Assembly: GCA_038087875.1 (NCBI GenBank)
Contig: CM075978.1
Span: 37,386,001-37,450,000, forward strand
DNA length: 64,000 nt
Direction of reading: 5' to 3'
Origin: Malacoraja senta
Lineage: Eukaryota
Shown: positions 1 to 11,964 of the stretch, piece by piece
Numbering within the stretch: the stretch's first letter is position 1
Layout of the letters: the number at the start of each line of letters is the position of its first letter
Program-made: the position numbers and the translations under genes
The notes under the pieces: model-generated
Database searches by the model: none
Told to the model about the DNA's origin: nothing
Seen by the model: only the letters and a program-made list of their open reading frames with translations

Positions 1-835
1 AGGGGAGGGAGATGTCAGAGGTGATCCAAGTAAATTTGAGTGCAGGATGAAAATTGGTGGTGAAGTTGATGAAGTCCATGAATTCTGCATGGGTGCAGGA
101 GGTAGCACCGATGCAGTCATCAACGTAATGGAGATAGAGTTTGGGGATAGGGCCAGTGTACGCCTGGAACAGGGATTGTTCAACGTACCCTACAAAGAGG
201 CAGGCATAGCTGGAGCCCATGCAGGGGCCCATAGCTACGCCTTGGAATTGGAGGAAGTGGGAGGAGTCAAATGAGAAGTTGTTGAGAGTGAGGACCAGCT
301 CCGGTAGGCGCAGTGTTAGTGGAGGGAAATTGGATGGTTCTGTGGTCGAGGAAGAAACGGCTTTAAGACTTTCCTGGTGGGGGATGGTGTGGAGTGACTG
401 AATGTCCATAGTAAAGATGAGGGAGTGGGGACTCAGAAAGCAGAAGTCATTAAAGAGATGAAGGGCATGTGAGGTATCTTGGACATTAGTTAGGAGAGAT
501 TGGACCGGGGAGATAGGATGGAGTCGAGGTATGTGGAAATCATTTCCGTGGGACTGGAGCAGGCAGGATCTGCCAAGGCAGTTGTGGATTTTGGCGAGAA
601 GGTAAAAACGGCCTGTGCGGGGCTGGGAAACGACAAGGTTGGAGGCTGTGGAAGGAAATCAGTAATGGTGTTTGAGATTAAGGCCTGGTGCTCATCTGTG
701 GGATCATGGTCGAAGGATAATAGGAGGAAGTGTCTGAGAGTTGGCACCTGGCCTCAGCCCGGTAGAGGTCCGCACGCCAGACTACCACTGCACCTCCCTT
801 GTTGGCGGATTTGCTTATAATATCAGGGTTGATGA
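1..835 (-). mobile_element. Penelope-like element RT fragment (degenerate, runs off the window edge)
   Basis: Minus translations NPDIISKSANKGGAVVVW and GVAMGPCMGSSYACLFVGYVEQ...LHYVDDCIG are typical of Penelope RT. Confidence 0.85.
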
Positions 836-1274
836 ATACACGGATTTTCAATGTTGTTTGCACGTTTTACTAATGAATACATTTACTAGCAAAGTTAAGG
901 TTCACAAAGTTACAGAAAGGTTGATGTTAAATTGTTTTCATACTGGATGATAAGAATTGATATTTGGAATGCCTCTCTTGTTGATCCATTTTAATCAGTC
1001 TAAGACAGACAAATTTTAATTTTTTAGATGACACAAAACTCTAAAATATAGTAAGCAATGAATAGAAAAGTAACATTCAGAACTCTTGAATACGTTAGTG
1101 GAATAGTGAGAAACATGGCAGATGTAATTTAATCAGAGATGTTGTACATAATCTTAGGAAGATCTAGGCACTATGAACAGAGGACTGGAGTAAAGAAAGG
1201 GGAATTTTTGTCAAATCTTAGAGGAATTGGTAGACTATAGCTTGAATATTGGCAATTTTTGGCACATGATTAGT

Positions 1275-1605
1275 GGCACTGGTAGCTGAGTTGCTGCCTC
1301 ACAGTTCCAGCATCCCAGGTTCAATCCTGACCTCTGGAGCTGTCCTATAAAGTTTGTATGTTCGCCCTGTGACCATGAGGGTTTGTTCCTGGTGCTCCAG
1401 TTTGTTCCCACGTCCCACATTGGTAGGTTAATTGGACATTGCAAATTGCTTCTTATGTGTAAGTGAATGGTACTCAGGGAGTTTTGGGGAATGTGGAGAG
1501 AATAACATAGCAATAGTGCAGAATTAGTATAAATGGATATGTTACACCCAGCATTGACCTTGTAGGCTGAAGGGCCTGTTTCTTACCATATAATTCTATG
1601 ACTAT
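1275..1605 (+). mobile_element. tRNA-derived SINE (HE1/V-SINE-like)
   Basis: Box-B-like ggttcaatcc, V-domain-like ggtgctccagttt, CR1-like tail ggctgaagggcctgtttc. Confidence 0.7.
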
Positions 1606-1747
1606 AATGGAAATGGAGAATGGGTGCATTGTTCTCTTTACAATAGAGAAAGCTCAGAGGAATTATGATTGTGGTATCATATTTAATTACCAGATAATGG
1701 TGGTTTTGATTACAAGTCAAATCTATATCCAGTGGTAGAAAGCTCAA

Positions 1748-1950
1748 TGTGTAGGAAGCGACTGCAGATGCTGGTTTACACTGAAGATGGACACAAAATA
1801 CTGGAGTAACTCAGCAGATCGGGCAGCATCTCTGGAGAAAAGGATTAGGTAACGTTTCGAGTCTACCCAGTCTGAAGATAAGTCTTGACCCAAAACGTCA
1901 CATATTCCTTTTCTCCAGAGATGTCGCCTGATATTCCAGCATTTTGGATC
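1748..1950. repeat. Fold-back short repeat, Penelope-terminal-repeat-like
   Basis: ctggagtaactcagc...gcatctctggagaaaagg arm with inverted ccttttctccagagatg...ccagcattttg arm; ctgaaga...aaacgtc near the centre. Confidence 0.7.
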
Positions 1951-2593
1951 TATGGTAGAAAGATCGATGATTGACAAAAGAACCAATATAATATGAGAAA
2001 CATATTTTGATGGTGGGTGATCATGATTTGGAATACACTGACTGAAAGGGCTGTGGGATCTGAATTAATAATAATCTTCAAATTAAATTTGGATGTATTT
2101 GAAAAGGGGAAAAAAATCATAGCTATGGATAGTATAACTATTCAAATAGCTGTACCTTGGAAATGGCACAGTTACAATGTGCCCTGTTCAATGATGTTTC
2201 TTAAGTGTTATGATCTAATCATCGGACTCATTTGATTTATGTTTCTGAATAAATGAAGCCTTTAAGTGTGATAAAAGTTGCAGAGTTCGAAGGATAGAAA
2301 ATAATAAAAGGTCAAACATTCCTGAAATTCCTCCAGGCATGCCATACTTTTAAAAATGCCTTAATAAAAAAAAATATTGTTTTTAAATTGAAATTGAACA
2401 TACATATGTATTAATGTGGCTTTTTTAGAATAGAGAAATATGGAATTATTTGCACTGAATTGTATTCATTACACTGGATGAAAGCAAACAAATTTGCTTG
2501 TCCATTTATGGAAATAATCTGAGCCTAATAAAGTGTATATTCATCCATTTATCCAGATGACTAGATCATGTGGTGGCTCGTGATTACTTTCAG

Positions 2594-2710
2594 CTGAAGA
2601 TAGACACAAAAGACTGGAGTAACTCAGTGGGACAGGCAGCATCTCTGGAGAGAAGGTGATGTTTAGGGTCGAGACCCTTCTTCAGACTGGTTAGGGGTAA
2701 GGGAAACAAG
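2594..2710 (-). repeat. Single-arm copy of the same short repeat
   Basis: gacacaaaagactggagtaactcag...gggtcgagacccttcttcagac. Confidence 0.7.
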
Positions 2711-2981
2711 CTGGAATACAACAAAAAGGATTCTCTGATCTGCGTTGAGCTAGCTATTGAGCTCACATGGAACACAAGGCCTAATTTTAGAAGCAGTTGG
2801 TAAACTCAAATCTGAAGAAACTGCTTTTGAGTAAAAACTCAAAGACCTAAAACCTCGACCAACATTCCTAAAAAATCACAGAGGTTATTCATCTCACTGT
2901 GGGATTCTGTGATTATAAATTGGGGCAGCGTGGGCTTCTGTCTTCTGCCATACTTCCAGCTTGGTTCTGGAGCAGACAAAA

Positions 2982-3175
2982 TGTGTAAGAAGACACTGCA
3001 GATGCTGGTTTAAACCGAAGATAAACACAAAAAGGTGGAGTAACTCAGCGAGTCAGACAGCATCTCTGGAGAAAAGGAATAGTTGATGTTTCGGATCTCA
3101 ACCCGAAACATCACCTATTCCTTTTCTCCAGAGATGCTGTCTGACCCACTGAGTTACTCCAGCATTTTGTGTCTG
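2982..3175. repeat. Fold-back copy of the same short repeat (about 150-bp palindrome)
   Basis: Arms at about 3025-3093 and 3103-3172 are reverse complements. Confidence 0.8.
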
Positions 3176-3302
3176 TCTGTGGTTCTAGGGTAGATGGCTA
3201 GTGAGCTCCATATATCGGCATATCTGCCCCACTCTACACCACTCTTGATGGTAAAATGCTGGATGAGATATATTCTAAGTTATTCATGAGATTTATATAT
3301 TA

Positions 3303-3968
3303 CTAGACTAAGTGGGACCCGTTGGGTCCCATGTTCACACGGGAGGGCTGGTCCCCCAACGCAATATTCCACCTCTCCACCAATTCCAATATTGGTGGCC
3401 AGTGGGGGGGGGGGGGGGGGCTTTCTGGAGCGCTGGTATGGGTGTTGTTGGCTGCAGGGACTACTGATCTCCAGAGGGCTAGTATGGACATTGTGGGCCA
3501 AATGGATTATTGGGGTGGCAGCTCATTCCCTCAAGCCTGATGTGCTGGCAGCTCACTCACGGCTGGTGGGTTGGCAGTTGACTCACGGCTATTCCTTGAA
3601 ATTCCATTTCAAGCAGAGTGCAAGGCCACCAAATTCAAATCCATTTGTGCAAATGGTTGTTTGGTTTTTTTGGGGTTGAAGTTAAAAGGCAGTGCAAATG
3701 GTTGTTTGGGGGGGTTTGGGGTTGAAGTAAAAAGGAAGTGCAAATAGTTGTTTGGGGGGGTTTTGGGTTGAAGTAAAAAGGCAGTGCAAATGGATGTTTG
3801 GGGGGTTTGGGGTTGAAGTAAAAAGGCAGTGCAAATGGATATTTGGGAGGGTTTTGGGTTGAAGTAAAAATGTCACCCAACCATTTGCACTGTCTTTTTA
3901 CTTCAACCCAAACCCCCCCCCCCCCCAAACAACCATTTGCACTGCGTTTTTACTTCAACCCAAACCAT
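3303..3968 (-). mobile_element. Non-autonomous Helitron, 3' portion
   Basis: Minus strand ends TGGGACCCAACGGGTCCCA (hairpin)-CTTAGT-CTAG followed by T. 3363-3525 is homologous to 12655-12812 in inverted orientation. Confidence 0.8.
3647..3965. repeat. 45-46-bp minisatellite, 5 direct plus 2 inverted units
   Basis: gtgcaaatggttgtttgggggggtttggggttgaagtaaaaaggca at 3647, 3692, 3738, 3784, 3829; reverse-complement units at about 3879-3965. Confidence 0.9.
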
Positions 3969-3978
3969 GCCAGGTACG

Positions 3979-5820
3979 TTCTCATCTAAATCATTGATAC
4001 AGATGGCAAACAGCAATGGGCCCAGCACCGAACCCTGTGGCACACCGCTAGTCACAGTCCTCTAGTCCGAAAAGCAACCTTCCATCACCACCCTCTGTTT
4101 CCTTCCATGAAGCCAATTTTCTATCCATTCAACTATCTCTCCCTAAATCCCATGGGATCTAACCTTCCAGAACAGCCTACCATGCGGAACCTTGTCAAAT
4201 GCCTTATTAAAATCCATGTACAATATACAATGTCTACAGCTCTGCCTTCATCTACTTTTTTGGTCACATCTACAAAAAACTCAATCAAATTCGTGAGGCA
4301 TGACCTCCCATGAATAAAATCGTTAATTATCCCTAATCAGCCCTAGTCCACCTGTGCATGTATATTCTACCCCTCAGAATACTCTCTAGTAACTTTCCAG
4401 CCACAGATGTTAAGCTCACTGGCCTGTAGTTCCCAGCCTTTTCCCTGCTGCCCTTCTTGAATAGAGGCACAATATTTGCCTCCCTCCAGTATCCCGGCAC
4501 AACACATGTCGTTAAATACAACAAGGGCTCCTGTAATTTCCTCTCTAGTTTCCCACTGTGTCCTCGGATATATCTGGTCAGACCCTGGAGATTTGTCTAT
4601 CTTCATATGCGTCACGACCTTCAGCACATCTGCGACCGTAATATTGAATGCTCTTGTGACACTTCCAGTGACTACCCCAAGATCCCCCATCCTCCTGTCT
4701 TTCTCCATGGTAAAAACAGAGGAGAAATACTCGTTGAGGCCCTTGCCCATCTCCTGTGGCTCCACTCAGTTGACCACCGATTCCTGAGGAGCCCCTCTCT
4801 CTCTCTCTCTCTCTGGTTATCCCTTTTCCCTTTATGTGCTCATAACATCTCTTGGGATTATCCCTAATGCAATCTGCTGGAGCTATCTCCTGTTCCCCTT
4901 TTGCTCTTATGATTTCCTTTTTTTGATTATAGTTCCCAAAACTCCTCCAGGGATACACTTGATCCCAGCTGCCTATACCTGTCCCATGCCTCCTTCATTC
5001 TCTTGATCAAAGCCTCAATTCCCTCGTCATCCAGGCTTCCTTACGTTTGCCTGCCTTGCCCTTCACTCTAACAGGGACGTGTTGTGAACTCTTGTCAGCA
5101 CACTTTTAAAAACATCCCACTTTCCAGACGTGCGTTTTTCATCAAATCTACTTGAGTTCCAGTCTCATACCCTCATAGTTGGCCTTGCCCTAATTTAGCA
5201 TTTGAACCCGTGGGGCTGCTCTGTCCCTATCCATAATTATCTTAAATCTAATAGAACAGTGGTTGCTGGTTCCATACACCTTATCCAAAAAAATGTCATC
5301 CACTTGCCCCTCCCAATTTTCCAAGACTAGATCAAGCATTACCCTCTCCTGTGTAAGGTCCTCAACATGTTGCCGGAGGAAACTTTGCTGAGCACATTTG
5401 ACAAATTCCCCCCATCTAAATCTTTCACACAATGGCATTCCCAGTCAATGGGAAATACCCTACTACGACAACCTTATTAGACCTGCAGCTGCATGCAATC
5501 TCCTGGCACCTTTGCTCTTCTAATTCCCGTAGACTATTTGAGGTCCTGAAGTACACCCCCAACAAGGTCATCATCCCTTTATTGTTCTTCAGCTCCACCC
5601 ATATAGCCTCACTGGACGAACTGTCTAGTGAGGCTATTTTTAATGACTCTTGCATTAAAATCCATGCAATTTAAACCAACATTCCTTCCTCCCTCCCTGC
5701 CTTTCTCCTCCTATTCTATCCTCTATACTTTCTCTCATCACCCTCAACACCAACTTCTAACCTTTCCCCTGCCTCGGTCCTGTATAAGATCCCACCCTCC
5801 TGCCAATCTAGTTTAACTCC
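3979..5820 (-). mobile_element. CR1 LINE fragment (endonuclease to RT), degenerate
   Basis: SEAIWVELKNNKG, KSPGSDQIYPR, WREANIVPLFKKG, GNYRPVSLTSV. Confidence 0.9.
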
Positions 5821-7907
5821 AACCATGTAGCACTAGCAAACCTGTGTGTATTGGGTAATGCAGAAAAAAAAAGGACCTAAGTGTTTTCCCAGTCAAATCA
5901 TAGCCTGATTGAAAGGTTAGCTGCGTTTGGAAACAATCGTTTACAGGAAAGTGGTGCAGCAGAATGCAGATACAGTGACAGTGAGGAGAAATTACAGGTG
6001 AGTGGAGATAATGATCTATGGGAAAAATTGCAAAGGATGGAGGTATCGAGTGCAAGAGAGAACACTTGGTCTTTGGGAGAAAAACCACATGTGGAGATGG
6101 GAATTTGAGGAGAGTTTATGGACAATATGGAGATAAGTGTTTTAAATTTATCAAACAAAAGTAGAACTCTTTCACCAATTCTGACTATGAGAATCAAAAA
6201 TCAAGTTTACACTGAGTCATTTCTTATTGACGATTTAATATCGATGTTTAATATATAAATGCAGCATTTGGATCTCTGCCCAGGCCTAAATGTCAGTACA
6301 GCCTTTAACAAAGGTTTATTGCTTTCTTTGCAAGAGATCAGGTATCTTTTTTCAGGATGTCAGGCATTTTAGTTGATTTATATCGGAAGCCATGTCTATC
6401 TACTGTATGCTTTAGTTTAGAGGTACAGCGTGGAAACAGACCCTTCGGATCACCATGTCTGTGCCAACCAGCAAGCAGCCAGTAGAGACCTTAACCTCTG
6501 CCCTTTAATATTTAAGTACATTACCTTCAGCAAGTTGCATGCCCACAACAACCTAGGTTTTATCATGGATTGGAAATTTTACCTGGTAAAGGCACCTTAT
6601 TCCTCTGTACAAATAGGAGTAAATCAAAGGCTGGATATTCTTTGTTGAGTGGTGCACCTCCTGATTCCCACAACCTTTTCATTATCTGCTATGTATAATT
6701 CATGAGTGAAAAAATATATAACATTGCTTGCTTGAATGAGTGCAATCAAGCACATTGATGCCATTCCAGAACAAAACATCCAATCCATCCAAATCCCAAA
6801 CCATTCCACATTCCACCACTGTCAAGTCAAGTCAATTGAGTTTATTGTCATTGGCACAAGTAGGGTGAGGTTCAGGTACAATTGAAGTCTTGCTCCAGAG
6901 ATCTTCACCAGGTAAAAAAAAGGGGCCATTAGGAAATGGCTCTGGCCACATTTGTGTGCAGGATTCTTCTTGGCATCAATATTGCCTGGTGTGGATTTGT
7001 GACTAGATACAGTATATGAGGTCATTACATTTCTGTAGCAAGTAAGTTCTAACTACTTCAGTCCCGGCATTGACTTCAATTTGCTTCCTTCTCCCACTTC
7101 TCCAACCTTTGCCTGTGGAAAAGAGAGACCCTGTGGAAGAGCCTCTCTCCTCCAAAAACATATCAGCCAAAACATCCAGAGCAACAACAATAACATGAGC
7201 TGCCTGTTTTCAGCAGTGATTAGACATAGTTTACAGAAAGCAAATTGCATTATGATATCCACCTCAATGTCAATCCCAAATTCCGCTTCACCATCCACCT
7301 CCTCACCCCTCTACCTCAACTTTCACTCAAAGAGCTGCAGGAATGATACTGACAAGTTTGAGTTGGTGTTAGCCACTGAAAAGGTTGTGGTCTGTAGATA
7401 TATTTGTTAAGGCAGGAAACAGCATAGTTGGTGCTGTCTTGTTACCAATATCAAGTTATTATGGCTGTTACAGAAATTCTATGAGCATCTCATACCATTT
7501 GTTGGTTAATCAGACATCATGATCCCTGAACCCCCTTTTGCAGTACATTACAATTTAGCACCCAGCCAACAATAACCTGTACGACAAGAATGCTTTTAGT
7601 ACGAAAATATATTTTAACTCTCTCCAATCAGTGGAGAAAGAACTGGGGAGCAGTTACAACCAAATTCAGTTGTTCATTTAAAAGCCATTGATTTTTTTTT
7701 TTTTGCAGATGAGTTTTTGTCTCTCTTAGATGACAATACTAATTCATGGATGGATAAGGGAGTCTGATGCTATTTCCATCCACTGCTGGGCAGCATCCTC
7801 ACCTTAGCTGCCCAACCTAGAAAAAGCTGTTGAGAAGTGAATAAAGATTTTTTTTATGAAAAGCAATGTATGGGCTCTTCATGATCTCATTTTCTCTCCT
7901 CTTGGTC

Positions 7908-10900
7908 ATAATAGACAATAGACAATAGGTGCAGGAGTAGGCCATTCTCCCTTTCGAGCCAGCACTGCCATTCAATGTGATCATGGCTGATCATCCACAA
8001 TCAATACCCCGTTCCTGCCTTCTCCCCATATCCCTTGACTCCACTATCTTTAACAGCTCTATCTAACTCTCTCTTGAAAGCATCCAGAGAACTGGCCTCC
8101 ACCGCCCTCTCAGGCAGAGAATTCCACAGACACACAACTCTCTGTGTGAAAAAGTTTTTCCTCATCTCCGTTCTAAATGGCTTACCCCTTATTCTTAAAC
8201 TGTGGCCCCTGGTTCTGGACTCACCCAACATCGGGAACATGCTTCCTGCCTCTAGCGTGTCCAAACACTTAATAATCTTATATGTTTCAAGAAGATCCCC
8301 TCTCATCCTCCTAAATTCCAGAGTATACAAGCCCAGCGCTCTATTCTATCAACATTTGACAGTCCCACCATCCCAGGAATTAACCTTGTGAACCTATGCT
8401 GCACTCCCTCATTAGCAAGAACGTCCTTCCTCAAATTAGGGGACCACAACTGCACAAAATATTCCAGGTGTGGTCTCACTAGGGCCCTGTTCAACTGCAG
8501 AAGGACCTCTTTGCTCCTATACTCAACTCCTCTTGTTATGAAGGCAAACATGCCATTTGCTTTCTTCACTGCCTGCTGTACCTACATGCTTACTTTCAGT
8601 GACTGATGAACAAGGACCCCCAGATCCCGTTGTACTTCCCCTTTTTCCAACTTGACACCATTTAGATAATAATCTGCCTTCCTGTTTTTGCCACCAAAGT
8701 GGATAACCTCACATTTATCCACATTAAACTGTATCTGCCATGCCTCTGCCCACTCACCCAACATGTCCAGGTCACCCTGCATCCTCATAGCATCCTCCTC
8801 ACAGTTCACACTGCCACCCAGCTTTGTGTCATCTGCAAATTTGCTAATGTTACTTTTAATCTCTTCAACTAAATCATTAATGTATATTGTAAATAGCTGC
8901 GGTCCCAGCACCGAGCCTTGCGGTACCCCACTAGTCACTGCCTGCCATTCTGAAAGGGACCCATTAATCCTTACTCTTTGTTTCCTGTCTGCCAACCAAT
9001 TTTCTATCCATGTCAACACCCTACCCACAATACCATGTGCTCTAATTGTGCCCACTAATCTCCTATGTGGGACCTTATCAAATGCTTTCTGAAAGTCCAG
9101 GTACACTACATCCACTGGCTCTCCCTTGTCCATTTTCCTAGTTACATCCTCAAACAATTCCAGAAAATTAGTCAAGCATGATTTCCCCTTCGTAAATCTA
9201 TGATGACTCAGACCGATCCTGTTACTGCTATCCAAATGTGCTGCTAATTCATCTTTTATAATTGACTCCAGCATCTTCCCCACCACCGATGTCAGGCTAA
9301 CTGGGTCTATACTTCCCTGTTTTCTCTCTCCCACCTTTCCTAATAAGTGGGATAACATTAGCTACCCTCCAATCCAAAGGAACTGATCCTGAATCTATAG
9401 AACATTGAAAAGTGATCACCAATGCGTCCACAATTTCTAGAGCCACTTCCTTAAGTACCCTGGGATGCAGACCATCAGGCCTGGGGATTTATCAGCCTTC
9501 AGTCCCATCAGTCTACCCAACACCATTTCCTGCCTAATGTGAATTTCCTTCAGTTCCTCTGTCACCCTAGATCATCTGGCCACTAGTATATCAGGGAGAT
9601 TGTTTGTGTCCTCCTTAGTGAAGACAGATCCAAAGTACCTGTTCAACTCGTCTGCCATTTCCTTGTTCCCCATAATAAATTCACCTTTTACAGCCTTCAA
9701 GGGTCCAACTTTGGTCGTAACTATTTTTTTCCTCTTCACATACCTAAAGAAGTTTTTACTATCCTCCTTTATATTCTTGGCTAGCTTACCTTCATACTCA
9801 TCTTTTCTCCCTGTATTGTCTTTTTAATTATCATCTGTTGCTCTTTAAAAGTTACCCAATCCCCTGGCTTCCCGCTCATCTTTGCTATGTTATACTTCTT
9901 CCCTTTTATTTTCATACTCTCCCTGACTTCCCTTGTCAGCCACGGTCGCCCCTTACTCCTCTTGGAATCTTTCTTCCTCTTTGGAATGAACTGATCCTGC
10001 ACCTTCTGTATTATTAGCAGAAATACCTGCCATTGTTGTTCCACTGTCATCCCTGCCAAGGTCAACTTTGGCCAGCTCCTCCCTCATGGCTCCATAGTCC
10101 CCTTTGTTCAACTGCAATACTGACACCTCCGATTTACCCTTCTCCTTCCCAAATTGTAGATTAAAACTTATCATATTATGGTCACTACCTTCTAATGATT
10201 TATTTACCTCAAGTTCCCTTATCAAATTCGGTTCATTATACAACATTAAATCCAGAATTGCCTTCTCCCTGGTAGGCTCCAGTACAAGCTGCTCTAAGAA
10301 TCCATCACGGAGGCACTCCACAAACTCCCTTTCTTGGGGTCCAATACCAATCTGATTTTCTCAGTCTACCTGCATGTTGAAATCTCCCATAACAACCATA
10401 GCATTACCTTTACGACATGCCAATTTTAACTCTTGATTCAACTTGCACCCTATATCCAGGCTACTTTTTGGGGGCCTGTAGATAACTCCCATTAGGGTCT
10501 TTTTACCCTTACAATTCCTTAGTTCTATCCATACTGAATCTCCATCTCCTGATTCTATGTCTCCCGTCGCAAGGGACTGAATTTCATTCCTCACCAACAG
10601 AGCTACGCCACCCCCTCTGCCCACCTGTCTGTCTTTTCGATAAGACGTATACCCTTGAATATTCAGTTCCCAGCCCTGGTCCTCTTGTAGCCATGTCTCT
10701 GTAATTCCCACAACATCATACTTGCCAATTTCTAAGCTCATTCACTTTATGTCTTATACTTTGCACATTCATATACAACACTTTGACCGGTATTCACCTC
10801 CCCTCTCACACCGGTCACTATTGGCCCTGACCTTACTCTCTTATCCCTTCTCGAACTTTCCTTCCCATTAATTCGTGAGTCTTTTGTAACATTTCCAGTA

Positions 10901-10948
10901 CTCACTTCCCCTTTAACTCCATCTTTATACTCCTAATTTGTCAATCCC
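7908..10948 (-). mobile_element. CR1 LINE, near-complete ORF2 with frameshifts and 3' tail
   Basis: EN motifs (ITETWL, IYRPP, MGDFN, SDH), RT motifs ([26 protein letters not shown]), (ctattgt)n tail at about 7910. Confidence 0.95.
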
Positions 10949-10954
10949 TTGACA

Positions 10955-11455
10955 ATAAGTTTAGTTTAGTTGATTATTATCATGAGTACCGAGGTACAGT
11001 GAAAAGGTTTTTTTTCGCGTGCTATCCAGTCAGCAAAACATATATACATGACTATAATCAAGCCGTCCACATTGTACAGATACAGGATAAGGGAATAACG
11101 TTTAATGCTTGATAAAGTCAAGTAAAGTCCAATAAAAGATAGTCCAAGGGTCTCCTATGAGGTAGTCAAGACCGCTCTCTAGTTGGTGATAGGATGGTTC
11201 AGTTGCTTGATAACAGGTGGGAAGAAATTATCCCCAAACATGGAGGTGTGGGCTTTTACACTTCTGTACCTCTAGCCTGATGGGAGAAGGGAAAAGAGGG
11301 AGTGGCTGGGGTGAGACTCGTCCTTGATTATGCTGGTGGCTTTGCTGAGGTAATGTGAACTGTAGATGGAATCAATGGAAGGAAGATTGGTTTGCGTGAT
11401 GGTCAGGGCTACATCCACAACACTCAGCAATTTCTTTTGGTCTTGGATGGAGCTG
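10955..11455 (-). mobile_element. Rex1/Babar-like LINE 3' fragment
   Basis: LPSIDSIY...IIKDESHPSHSLFSLLPSG; (aaact)n tail. Confidence 0.7.
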
Positions 11456-11964
11456 TTTTGCAACTGCAACCCAGACATTCCCCAGCTATGTTACTCATGG
11501 ACTAACTTTGTTGCTGTCAGTCTTCTAGTGCTGGTAGCCTGTGAACCAGCACCTCAATCTGTATTAAAAGGAGGAACAGTGGTAAAAATCTGTTTGGACT
11601 TGTGCAGGTTTGTTACTGCATGTACTGGTCTCCTGGCTCCATGGAGTGTAATCAAGTTTGACAAGTGTAGAAAATAATGATTCAGAAGTCATACAACCCA
11701 TCCAATGTTCCAGTCTACTGAAATCAATTATAGGTGGCATAGTTGATACTTCCATTAAATGCCCTTATCAAATTAAATGTTTATTGTGTAATTCTGTTAA
11801 CATGATGGGTTAAGCCTGGTCGAAGGTGGTGGGATAAAACTGTCCTAAATCGCACTGTCATGCACCTTTTTGCACTCTGATCCTGGATTTTTTAATTATA
11901 TATTACCAGAGGCTCCTTTCTTTCAAGCTATCATATCATGTTATTTGTCCAGGGTATTTAGCTA

